Positions 38,805 to 46,945 of a stretch of 64,000 bases of DNA are shown here, piece after piece (position 1 is the first letter of the stretch; each line of letters begins with the position of its first letter). The position numbers and the translations under genes are program-made. The notes below the pieces were generated by a model that made no database searches, had not been told where the DNA came from, and was given only the letters and a program-made list of their open reading frames with translations. The stretch is from Candidatus Microgenomatus sp. (GTDB taxonomy: Bacteria > Patescibacteriota > Minisyncoccia > UBA6257 > GWB1-50-10): positions 111,157 to 175,156 of the forward strand of contig DYGI01000001.1 in NCBI GenBank assembly GCA_020724805.1. The letters run 5' to 3'.

Positions 38805-41302
38805 CAGGAATATATTTCAAAGACCCTCGTTTCGGCTTCGACGCATTCGGTGAATTTTTAGTCCGTTTGTGCGCCGCGGTGGCATATACGGCGCTTGTGG
38901 GCGCCACAGCAACACTTCTTACTGCGGACGATGTGTCGCCACGCGCCCTCGGAGTCTTTATAGCGCTTTTCCTTCTCGACCGGCTTTTCCACTTCCGTGA
39001 AGGCGAACGCACTCTTGAGGAGTTGAAAGACGGCGCAGTGAACGTGAGGAAGGCGCTCACGCCTGCCGCATATCGCGTGTTTCGCAAATCATTCCGCCGC
39101 TCGCTTAACTCCGGGAAGAATTTCTCTCTCGCGCTCCTCAAGGAATTGGTGCGCCGTTCCGATATCAAGGAGTCGCTCCGGCGGCTCGATGTGAAGCCCG
39201 CCGTGTTTATGAAAGAAGTGGAAGATGCGCTTGCATCCGAAGAAGGAACCGCGAAACTTTCGCGGGATGAGCTTATGAAAGAGGCCGAAACGCTTGCGGT
39301 GCGTGCGTTTTATGCCGCGCGCGCCACGGAGGAGCGATTTGTAGAGCCGCGGAGCTTTTTCGCCGCACTCGCGGCACACCCTCGTGCCCCACTCCCAAAC
39401 CTTTTCGGCGTTCATGAGATAAGCGCCGAGGACGCGGTCGAAGCAGTGGTATTTGGGCGTTTCAGGCGAACTTTCGCAGGACTGCGGGGGCTTCCCGCAG
39501 TGTTGGGAGGATTTGCTCACCACACAAAAGCCCTTCGAAAACGCGCGATGAACCGCGCGTGGACCGCGCGTCCGACCCCGACCCTGGATCAATATGGCGC
39601 GGACCTTACCAACCTCGCGCATCACGAAGAAGTGGGTTTTTTGATAGGACACGAAAAAGAGTTCGAACACCTTCTTCAGATACTCGCGCGCCCGGGGAAA
39701 CCGAACGCGCTTTTGGTGGGAGAGCCAGGCATCGGAAAATCCACCCTCATTGCGCACCTTGCTTTCCGCATCATCAAGGACCGTGTGCCGCCCGCACTGT
39801 TCGATAAGCGACTCATAGAGCTTCATGTGGGCGCCATGGTGGGAGATGCGACTCCGGAAGTTGCCGCGGGGCGCATGAAAGCCGTGGTGGAGGAAATACT
39901 CGCCGCGGGAAATATCGTGCTTTCCATTCCGAATGTTCATGAGCTTTTCCGCGCGAGAGATAAAGCGGGGGTAGACCCAATCGATATTCTTCTTCCGGTC
40001 TTGGGGAGCGGCACCATTCCCGTTATCGCCGAAACGTTCCCGAAGGAATTCAAGCGAGTGGTGGAAATGCGCTCGGACTTCATGGAACAGTTCGAAACGG
40101 TGGATGTGGAAGAAATAACGCCCGCCGAAGCGACGCGGTTTTTGACCTACACCTCGCTCCTCCTTGAACGCGAGTTTGACCTTGCCATCACATTTCGTGC
40201 GGTGCGCAAAGCGGTTGAACTCGCGCATCGTTACTTCGGTTCGCGGGCCCTTCCCGGGAGCGCCCTCGATCTTTTAAAGCAGGCGCTCGCGAAAGCGGCG
40301 AGCGAAGGAGCAAAAGAGCTTCGCGAATCGCACATCATTGCGGTAGCGGAGCGGCAGTCGAAAATTCCCATAGAATCTGCGGGCGGAAAGGAAGCGGAAA
40401 AACTTCTCAACTTGGAGAACATTATCCATGAACGTCTCGTGAACCAAGAAACCGCAGTGAAAGCAGTATCGCGCGCGCTTAGGGAATATCGGAGCGGCCT
40501 CTCACGCCGCGGTGGCCCCATCGCCACATTTCTGTTCGTGGGCCCCACCGGAGTAGGGAAGACGGAGCTCGCAAAGATACTTACCAAGGTTCAATTTGGC
40601 ACCTCTTCGGCAATGCATCGGTTCGACATGTCTGAGTATCAGACGAAGGATTCCATCCAGCGTTTCATCGGGAACCCGGATGGGTCGACGACCGGCGCCC
40701 TCACAGATGCGGTGCGCGCGCTTCCCTACGCACTCATTCTCCTCGACGAGTTTGAAAAGGCGCACCCCGACATCTTAAATCTATTCCTGCAGGTTTTCGA
40801 CGACGGGAGGCTTACCGACAGCTTGGGTCGTACCGCGGATTTTTCGAATACCATCATTATCGCGACTTCGAACGCCCATTCCGACTTTATTAAGGAGGAA
40901 ATCGAGAAGGGGAAGAAGAGCGTCGACATCGCCGAGGAGCTCAAAAAGCGTCTCACGGCGTACTTCAAGCCGGAGCTTATCAATCGTTTTTCTGATATTA
41001 TTGTGTTCCGGAATCTCGTGCCCGCGGAGGTGAAGCAGATATGTGTGTTTCTTCTCAAAGAAGTTACGGATACGCTCCGTGAAGCGCATGGGATAGATCT
41101 TACCGTCGATGATTCCGCGACCACGCGTATCGCTGAGCTCGGGTGGAGCCCGGTATTCGGCGCACGCCCACTTCGGCAGACCATTTCGGAACACGTACGC
41201 GGCGTGCTCGCCGAGAAACTTTTGAAACGTGAACTTACGCGCGGTATGAGAATTATGCTCACGTACGAACACGGCGCATTCGCATTTTCCCCTAAGCAAT
41301 AA
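38801..41302 (+). CDS. Clp/Hsp100-family AAA+ ATPase (ClpC/ClpA-like, two nucleotide-binding domains)
   Basis: Clp-N repeats, D1 Walker A GEPGIGKST, D2 Walker A GPTGVGKTELAK, sensor motifs; start trimmed to MTGIYFKD (track start 38594 overlaps the upstream gene). Confidence 0.85.
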   Translation: MTGIYFKDPRFGFDAFGEFLVRLCAAVAYTALVGATATLLTADDVSPRALGVFIALFLLDRLFHFREGERTLEELKDGAVNVRKALTPAAYRVFRKSFRRSLNSGKNFSLALLKELVRRSDIKESLRRLDVKPAVFMKEVEDALASEEGTAKLSRDELMKEAETLAVRAFYAARATEERFVEPRSFFAALAAHPRAPLPNLFGVHEISAEDAVEAVVFGRFRRTFAGLRGLPAVLGGFAHHTKALRKRAMNRAWTARPTPTLDQYGADLTNLAHHEEVGFLIGHEKEFEHLLQILARPGKPNALLVGEPGIGKSTLIAHLAFRIIKDRVPPALFDKRLIELHVGAMVGDATPEVAAGRMKAVVEEILAAGNIVLSIPNVHELFRARDKAGVDPIDILLPVLGSGTIPVIAETFPKEFKRVVEMRSDFMEQFETVDVEEITPAEATRFLTYTSLLLEREFDLAITFRAVRKAVELAHRYFGSRALPGSALDLLKQALAKAASEGAKELRESHIIAVAERQSKIPIESAGGKEAEKLLNLENIIHERLVNQETAVKAVSRALREYRSGLSRRGGPIATFLFVGPTGVGKTELAKILTKVQFGTSSAMHRFDMSEYQTKDSIQRFIGNPDGSTTGALTDAVRALPYALILLDEFEKAHPDILNLFLQVFDDGRLTDSLGRTADFSNTIIIATSNAHSDFIKEEIEKGKKSVDIAEELKKRLTAYFKPELINRFSDIIVFRNLVPAEVKQICVFLLKEVTDTLREAHGIDLTVDDSATTRIAELGWSPVFGARPLRQTISEHVRGVLAEKLLKRELTRGMRIMLTYEHGAFAFSPKQ

Positions 41303-41304
41303 AT

Positions 41305-41934
41305 ATGTTCACGAATATCAATCGGGTGGTAAAAACGTTGGTCACGGTGGATTTTTTCTACAACAGCGCGTTCGGGTCGTTCGGGCCCGTATTCGCCATT
41401 TTCATCGCGGGCGGTATCGAAGGCGGCTCAGCGGCGGTGGCGGGTCTCGCCACCACCACGTATTGGGTGGTGAAATCGCTGGCACAGCTTCCTATCGCGC
41501 GCTTTTTGGATAAGACCGATGGGGAGCGCGACGATTTCTGGGCGCTGTTTTTCGGATATCTCGCGAGCGCGTTCGTTCCGTTCGGATATCTTTTCGCTAC
41601 CGCCCCGTGGCACCTCTATGTCCTCCAGGGATTTTTGGGCCTCGCAATGGCATTTGCGGTGCCTGGGTGGTATGCCATTTTCACGCGCCACGTGGACAAG
41701 TGGCGCATCGGATTCGAATGGAGCTTGCAGAGCGTGTTTGCGGTGGGTATGGCCTATGCGCTTGCAGCCGCTATTGGTGGTTTTGTGGTGGACGCGTTCG
41801 GGTTCCGCATTCTTTTCACGCTCGCGGGATGCCTGGCGCTCGTCGCCTCGTTCCTGCTCCTCCCGCTTCGCAAGCACCTCATTGCGCGGGAACGTCCGGG
41901 GTCGGCGTTACCTGAGCAAATAAAGCATCGTTAG
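41305..41934 (+). CDS. six-TM membrane protein (half-MFS-like)
   Basis: 209 aa; hydropathy resembles one six-helix MFS repeat. Confidence 0.35.
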   Translation: MFTNINRVVKTLVTVDFFYNSAFGSFGPVFAIFIAGGIEGGSAAVAGLATTTYWVVKSLAQLPIARFLDKTDGERDDFWALFFGYLASAFVPFGYLFATAPWHLYVLQGFLGLAMAFAVPGWYAIFTRHVDKWRIGFEWSLQSVFAVGMAYALAAAIGGFVVDAFGFRILFTLAGCLALVASFLLLPLRKHLIARERPGSALPEQIKHR

Positions 41935-41941
41935 AAAGAAC

Positions 41942-42469
41942 ATGACCGAGCGGCGCGAAATATCGGCGGGAATGATCATTTATCGGCGTACCCGCGAGGG
42001 ACCGAAATTCCTTTTGCTCTATAGCGGCGGCTCGTACTGGAATTTTCCGAAAGGAAAGCTCATCGAAGGGGAGCGTAATTTCAGAGCGGCGCTTCGGGAA
42101 GTGGAAGAGGAAACGGGCATTGCGCCGCGCGACCTCCAATTCAAAAGCCATTTTAAAGTGGAAGACCACTTCACGTACGTGCGGAACCGTGAGAAGATTA
42201 GAAAAACCGTTACCTACTATCTCGCGGAAACGCGCAAACACGAAGTGCGCCTCAAAATAGTTCCTCCCGGGCATCAAGGGGAGAGACACGAAGGGTACGG
42301 ATGGTTCACACTGCGGGACGCCTCGAAATTCCTTCGCACCCCGAATCTCAAACGACATCTGAAATATGCCTACGACACCATCGTTCGTCGAAAAAGTGCA
42401 CCGTCTCGCCCGCGCGATTCCCAGGGGGCGAGTCGCGACGTACGCGGACCTCGCCCGCAAGCTTCGTAA
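41942..42469 (+). CDS. NUDIX hydrolase
   Basis: NUDIX box GKLIEGERNFRAALREVEEETGI; the C-terminal ~35 aa probably read through the overlap with the next gene. Confidence 0.75.
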   Translation: MTERREISAGMIIYRRTREGPKFLLLYSGGSYWNFPKGKLIEGERNFRAALREVEEETGIAPRDLQFKSHFKVEDHFTYVRNREKIRKTVTYYLAETRKHEVRLKIVPPGHQGERHEGYGWFTLRDASKFLRTPNLKRHLKYAYDTIVRRKSAPSRPRDSQGASRDVRGPRPQAS

Positions 42470-42671
42470 CCCGCGCGCGGTCCGCGCGGTGGGGAACGCC
42501 CTGAATAAAAGTCCGGGGATGCCACGGGTTCCTTGTCATCGCGTGGTCCGTTCGGATGGCTCGGTGGGCGGTTTTGCCTCCGGCACGAAGGCGAAGGTGA
42601 AGCTTTTGATGAAAGAAGGGGTTCGCGTGGAAAAGGGGAAAGTGGACCTTGTGCGGTTCCGTATGAGGTAA
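42366..42671 (+). CDS. MGMT-family DNA-binding domain protein with active-site Cys
   Basis: 101 aa with PCHRVV motif and helix-turn-helix, equal to the C-terminal domain of O6-alkylguanine-DNA alkyltransferase. Confidence 0.7.
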   Translation: MPTTPSFVEKVHRLARAIPRGRVATYADLARKLRNPRAVRAVGNALNKSPGMPRVPCHRVVRSDGSVGGFASGTKAKVKLLMKEGVRVEKGKVDLVRFRMR

Positions 42672-43035
42672 AAAAAGAGTCCAGCGGGCGCTCGCATCGA
42701 GGGCCGTACGCTGGACTCGCAGGTTCTCCGCTTCTGCGGAGGCTCCGGATTGCTTCGGAGCGAAGCGTGTGGTGGAGAGGGCTTCGTTCCCCACGGACGA
42801 GGAAAAACGCTCTCCACGCGTTTGGGACGGCCGGCGATGAATGAGTGCCGGCGAGTCAAGGAACAATGCTCGGAGGACCGAGCGCTATTACGATATTCCC
42901 GCTCGCGTTATCCGTCAAACCAAAAGCCCCGAAGGGCTTCTATCGGTGCAGTCCAAAGGACTGCATTCAAACTGGTGCGCCCGGTGGGGCGCGCGTTATC
43001 GATATAACCGCCACGGTGCCGCAGGGCGGCCGGTT
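42672..43035. ncRNA. candidate structured non-coding RNA (identity and strand unresolved)
   Basis: 364-nt ORF-free interval in a tightly packed genome with many nested perfect hairpins (GAGTCCAGCG...CGCTGGACTC 10 bp; CTCCGC-TTCT-GCGGAG; GCTCCG...CGGAGC; TGCAGTCC-AAA-GGACTGCA; GCGCCC-GGTG-GGGCGC). Confidence 0.35.
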
Positions 43036-43380
43036 TTACCGCACTGTTGCTACGATTTTCTTGAATACCGCGGGCTCGTCTTTCGCGAGCATGGCGAGCA
43101 TTTTCCGGTCCAGCTTCACCCCCTTCTTTTTCATTGCCGAGATGAGCGTGCTGTACTTCATCCCCGCCTCGCGTGCTCCGGCGTTCACCCGCGTGTTCCA
43201 AAGCGCCCGGTATTCCCGCTTCTTCTCTTTCCGGCCCTTGAAGCTGCGGCTCCACGCGTGGAGGAGCGCTTCCTTTGCGAGGCGCTCTTTGGATCGGCGG
43301 CCCCACTTGAAACCTTTCGTGTGTTTCAGGACTCGCTCGCGTTTCTTGTGTGCAATTTTCCCACGTTTTACGCGCGTCAT
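43036..43380 (-). CDS. rplT: 50S ribosomal protein L20
   Basis: 114 aa, MTRVKRGKIAHKKRERVLKHTKGF N-terminus. Confidence 0.9.
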   Translation of the reverse strand: MTRVKRGKIAHKKRERVLKHTKGFKWGRRSKERLAKEALLHAWSRSFKGRKEKKREYRALWNTRVNAGAREAGMKYSTLISAMKKKGVKLDRKMLAMLAKDEPAVFKKIVATVR

Positions 43381-43386
43381 ATTTTA

Positions 43387-43566
43387 TTAAAGGTATTTTC
43401 TTATCATTTTCGCGCCGTCATCCAACCCGCGCGAAAGACTTTTTCGGCGCATCTGCTTCGAGCTTTTGTTCCCGCGTGAGTGGCCGAGCGCCATCGCGCG
43501 ACGAACCACTTTTCCGCGCTTGGTGACGCGAATCCGGTCTCTTACGCTTTTTCGTGTTTTAGCCAT
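43387..43566 (-). CDS. rpmI: 50S ribosomal protein L35
   Basis: Hand translation: MAKTRKSVRDRIRVTKRGKVVRRAMALGHSRGNKSSKQMRRKSLSRGLDDGAKMIRKYL (59 aa; below the ORF-track cutoff). Confidence 0.85.
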   Translation of the reverse strand: MAKTRKSVRDRIRVTKRGKVVRRAMALGHSRGNKSSKQMRRKSLSRGLDDGAKMIRKYL

Positions 43567-43567
43567 A

Positions 43568-44059
43568 TTATTTCTTCTTCTCTATTTGAGTAACAAATCC
43601 GCGTCCCGCAAATTTCGGCTCCATCGTCATTACGTGAGGCACTGTTATCATCGGGAGAAAACCTTTGAGTTTCTGAAGCCCCCATTCTTTGTTTCCTTTT
43701 TCGCGGCCACGGAGGAATATCATTACCTCCACTTTGTGTCCCTCTTCCAAAAATTCCGCCGCCTTTTTCGCCTTCACCTCAAGGTCATTTTTTGCGGCGC
43801 GTGGAGTGATGCGCACATGCTTCAACTCCATCACCTTCTCCGCATGCCGTTGTTTCTTCGCTTCCTTCTCCTTCTCGTACCGGAACTTATCGTACGAGAG
43901 GATGCGGGCCACCGGGGGAGTTACGGTCGAGGTAACCTCGATAAGGTCCAACCCCTGTTCGGAGGCTTTTTTGAGCGCCTCCCCAAAGGAGAGCACGCCG
44001 AGGTTCTTGCCGTCCGCGTCTATCACCCGAAGTTCCCGCGCGGTTATTTGATTATTTAT
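43568..44059 (-). CDS. infC: translation initiation factor IF-3
   Basis: IF-3 N- and C-domains (RVIDADGKNLGV; KVEVMIFLRGRE); the conserved N-terminus INNQITARELRV extends upstream of the GTG used by the track, suggesting an AUA/AUU-type start, as is typical for infC; exact start uncertain. Confidence 0.8.
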   Translation of the reverse strand: MNNQITARELRVIDADGKNLGVLSFGEALKKASEQGLDLIEVTSTVTPPVARILSYDKFRYEKEKEAKKQRHAEKVMELKHVRITPRAAKNDLEVKAKKAAEFLEEGHKVEVMIFLRGREKGNKEWGLQKLKGFLPMITVPHVMTMEPKFAGRGFVTQIEKKK

Positions 44060-44110
44060 TCGGTAGCGGATGCCGATATGGTATGATAGGCACTGAGAAA
44101 AGTAAACCCC

Positions 44111-44422
44111 ATGAGAATTTCTGCGCCTGCGGTGACCAAATATATGAAATACGTGCTCGGGTTTATCGAGCTCTTCCTCGGGTTTCGCGTGCTCCTCATG
44201 TTCCTCAAAGCGAGCGATGTGGCGCCCATCGTGGACCTGCTCTATCGCGTGACGGACGTTATTATGGTGCCTTTCGCGGGCATCTTCCGGGATATCGCCC
44301 TTCGGAATGGGAGCGTTATTGACTTGAATGCACTTTCTTCAATGGTGGGGTACCCCATCGTGCTTTACCTTTTGAACGAATTGCTCCACCTCATCGCGAA
44401 AGACGAACCGTCGAAGCGATAA
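44111..44422 (+). CDS. YggT-like small membrane protein
   Basis: 103 aa, two TM helices; weak resemblance to the YggT/Ycf19 family. Confidence 0.3.
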   Translation: MRISAPAVTKYMKYVLGFIELFLGFRVLLMFLKASDVAPIVDLLYRVTDVIMVPFAGIFRDIALRNGSVIDLNALSSMVGYPIVLYLLNELLHLIAKDEPSKR

Positions 44423-44429
44423 AAAAAGA

Positions 44430-44465
44430 AAAGGGCGCAACCAGAGTATGGTGCGCCTTTTCATG
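44430..44465 (+). terminator. rho-independent terminator
   Basis: GGCGCAACC-AGAGTAT-GGTGCGCC stem followed by TTTTC. Confidence 0.5.
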
Positions 44466-44597
44466 ATGAGAGAAATTCATTTGTGCAACTTTGCGAGTTG
44501 CGTATAGTGAGCTTACGCTCGAAGGACGGTATTCCCTTGTTCGCGTACCGATATTAGTATAGCAATCCTTCGCGGCGCGTATTGTGGATAACTTTTA

Positions 44598-44630
44598 AAC
44601 AAAAAGAGCCCGATGTATTGGGCTCTTCGC
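44598..44630 (-). terminator. rho-independent terminator downstream of tmk and tmRNA
   Basis: GAGCCC-AATACATC-GGGCTC followed by TTTTT on the minus strand. Confidence 0.5.
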
Positions 44631-44650
44631 AAACGTGAAACCGATTCCTA

Positions 44651-45328
44651 CTACAGATCTTTCGGGAGCAAAGGCATGATGGCCGCCTGTACGCCGAGGA
44701 AAACCTCTTCCTCGGATTGCTCCGCGTTCACCACCGCGACCTTGCCGGCAAAGGGGCCGATGTAACGCGCCTTGAGGTAATTCGCGCGTGCCTTCTCGAG
44801 CCTTTCCTTTTTCTCGAAGAACTCGGTGTGGTCGCGCCCTTTTGCGATGCGCCGTATCGCTTCCTCGGCCGAGAGGTCGAGCAAGATGGTGAGGTCGGGC
44901 CAAATCATCTGCGGCCCGACGACGTCCTCGTGGAGCTTGATGAAGTCCTCCGGTGGCCGCCCCGAGAGCATCCCATAGGCGACCGTGGAGAGCGCATAAC
45001 GCTCTTTGAGGTACGGGCACGGAATTCCGAGCTTCGCGCGCTTTTCAAAGAGCGGGCGCATGAAGCAGGCGATCAGTTCCGCGCGGTTCAGGACGTAGAT
45101 GCGCTGGAATTCGTACGGATCCTCCGGGCGAGGGAGCTCACCCTTCAACATCTTCCGGATGGTCCTTCCGAGCGGGGTGCCGGAATCCGGGTCATCGCTC
45201 GGCTCGCTTGAGAACGGGACCTCGTAGTTGGTGAGTTCCCCGAGCCAGTCCCGTACCTTGTGCATCTGCGTCCACTTTCCCGCACCGTCGATGCCCTCAA
45301 ACGCGATGAGTAATCGTAGCGGTTCCAT
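44651..45328 (-). CDS. tmk: thymidylate (dTMP) kinase-like
   Basis: P-loop FEGIDGAGKWTQ (a variant of FEGxDGxGKST); start trimmed to MEPLRLL because the longer ORF would overlap the tmRNA 3' end. Confidence 0.65.
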   Translation of the reverse strand: MEPLRLLIAFEGIDGAGKWTQMHKVRDWLGELTNYEVPFSSEPSDDPDSGTPLGRTIRKMLKGELPRPEDPYEFQRIYVLNRAELIACFMRPLFEKRAKLGIPCPYLKERYALSTVAYGMLSGRPPEDFIKLHEDVVGPQMIWPDLTILLDLSAEEAIRRIAKGRDHTEFFEKKERLEKARANYLKARYIGPFAGKVAVVNAEQSEEEVFLGVQAAIMPLLPKDL

Positions 45329-45423
45329 GCCGCCTCCTTGTGATTTGGTGATTGGTTCGTGCTCCCTCCGTTCTAACGGAGAATAGGGGAAAGCACAAGA
45401 CCGCCTTTCGGCGGTCTTGTTGA

Positions 45424-45742
45424 TGGTGGACATGGTCGGAGTCGAACCGACGTGTAACGCTTTCGGTAAAAAGCCCTCTACAAGCTTATTTCTCTTACGA
45501 GAACAAATGGTTCGTAATTTTGCGCTCCGCTACTGAACCGTCTTACGGAGCGCGAGCCTCATTTATTACACCGGAGAACCCCTATGAGGCGTCGGGAGCC
45601 GATGTCCTACTTACGCGAAAGCGTAAGCGGGAGCTGCAACTTTAGAGTTGGCAGTTTTAGGTTTGACCATGGATTTACGAGCGAATGGTCGGCTCGGCCT
45701 GCAAGCTCTCTACTTCACGCGCTAACAAGGCCCGTCATGCCC
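45424..45742 (-). ncRNA. ssrA: tmRNA (ssrA)
   Basis: 5' GGGCATG pairs with 3' CATGTCC-ACCA, including a G3:U70 wobble (AlaRS identity element); T-arm GTCGG-TTCGACT-CCGAC; PK1-like GGCCGAG...CTCGTAAA; internal tag ORF GCC AAC TCT AAA GTT GCA GCT CCC GCT TAC GCT TTC GCG TAA (ANSKVAAPAYAFA) at 45611-45652; immediately downstream of smpB. Confidence 0.8.
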
Positions 45743-45743
45743 G

Positions 45744-46184
45744 TCAGCTATGTGCGCGGCGAAGCTCTCGCTCCACATCACGCTTTTTAATGACCTCGCG
45801 CTTGTCGTGCTTCTTTCTCGCCTTTCCGAGTCCAAGCTCGATTTTCACCAGCGCGCGGTGAGTATACACCTTCAAGGGAATTAGCGTCAAACCACTTTCC
45901 AATTTACCCGTCAAGTAACTGATTTCTTGGCGCGAGAGGAGCAGTTTCCGCGTCCGCGACTCATCATACCCGTCGGGCGCGTTCCCAGGCTGGAATGAGT
46001 GAATAGAGGCCCCTACGAGGTATGCCTCGCCGCCCCGGATGACCGCGCGGGCGCCCGCGAGGTCCATCCGCCCGAGCTTCGCGGACTTCGTCTCGTGGCC
46101 CGTCAAAACCACGCCCGCGACATATGTTTCCTGTATGTCGTAGTCAAACCGCGCCTGCCGATTTTCTGATAACGTCGCCATCAC
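45744..46184 (-). CDS. smpB: SsrA-binding protein SmpB
   Basis: 146 aa; SmpB core motifs and a basic C-terminal tail. Confidence 0.9.
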   Translation of the reverse strand: MMATLSENRQARFDYDIQETYVAGVVLTGHETKSAKLGRMDLAGARAVIRGGEAYLVGASIHSFQPGNAPDGYDESRTRKLLLSRQEISYLTGKLESGLTLIPLKVYTHRALVKIELGLGKARKKHDKREVIKKRDVERELRRAHS

Positions 46185-46208
46185 TTTTCAGCGTACTATA
46201 CTGAACCT

Positions 46209-46865
46209 ATGGCGGGAATACCGAAAAAGACGTTACGGGCGCTCATTGCGTTGAAGCCGGTATCCATCGCGCTCACTGGTTCTGCGGGTGGAGGGGAGAT
46301 GGGAAAGCGGAGCGATGTGGAATCGGCCGTCATTTTCCAGGGCCGGAACTATATTTCACGCCGAAAACTGAAGAAATTCACCACTGAGAGGTTGAAGATA
46401 TACCCATTTCGCTTTGAGGAGATATTGAAATTGAAGGCGAAAAGCCCGTTTGCCAACAAGTTCTATTTCTGGTGGCTTTCGCACAACTCCAAGACTGTGT
46501 ACGGCGAGCGGATTCTAGAAAACGTTAAGGTAAAGCTTACTGCGAGCGATCTTCGCGAAGAAATTGACCATGCCCGCGGTGTAGCGCTCGCCGCGATGGT
46601 TTCGCTCCGGAACGGCGACAAGGAAACCGCGCGGTGGGGATTCACAAAATCTTGCCTTCTCGCGACCGCCGCGGCGGTGGGCCTTAAAAGAAAGTGCCCG
46701 GCGAGCTCATACCAGGAAGCGGTGAAAATGGGGAGCGTGGTATTCCCGCGCTGGAAACGTCTCATACGGAAAGCGGAGCAGATGCGGCGCAGGGGAGGTA
46801 CGCCGAGCGAACAGGATATATTTGATAACCTGGAGTGTCTTTACTTCATACGAACGAACCTGTAG
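46209..46865 (+). CDS. hypothetical protein with NTase-like (GS...DxE) and HEPN-like (R-x4-H) motifs
   Basis: 218 aa; LTGSAGGGEMGKRSDVE resembles a minimal nucleotidyltransferase signature; LREEIDHARG fits the HEPN Rx4-6H motif. Confidence 0.3.
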   Translation: MAGIPKKTLRALIALKPVSIALTGSAGGGEMGKRSDVESAVIFQGRNYISRRKLKKFTTERLKIYPFRFEEILKLKAKSPFANKFYFWWLSHNSKTVYGERILENVKVKLTASDLREEIDHARGVALAAMVSLRNGDKETARWGFTKSCLLATAAAVGLKRKCPASSYQEAVKMGSVVFPRWKRLIRKAEQMRRRGGTPSEQDIFDNLECLYFIRTNL

Positions 46866-46945
46866 AGGACACTTCTTTGAACGCGTTACACTCCGGTTCA
46901 ACTCCGGACATGTCCACAAATAAAATGTTCTCGTTTCCAAAATAG

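Noticed and set aside
39089-40228. 379-aa minus-strand ORF
   Set aside because: Antisense to the Clp ATPase gene
42672-43035. Assignment of the hairpin-dense interval specifically as RNase P RNA
   Set aside because: I could not find the P4 (AGGAAAGUCCGGGCUCC / ACAGAACCCGGCUUA) or type-B equivalents on either strand by eye; it is kept only as an unassigned ncRNA candidate
45424-45607. Shorter tmRNA model starting at GGACATC in the middle of the RNA
   Set aside because: Too short and lacks the tag ORF upstream; the GGGCATG 5' end at 45742 gives a full acceptor stem with G3:U70 and the correct smpB-ssrA adjacency
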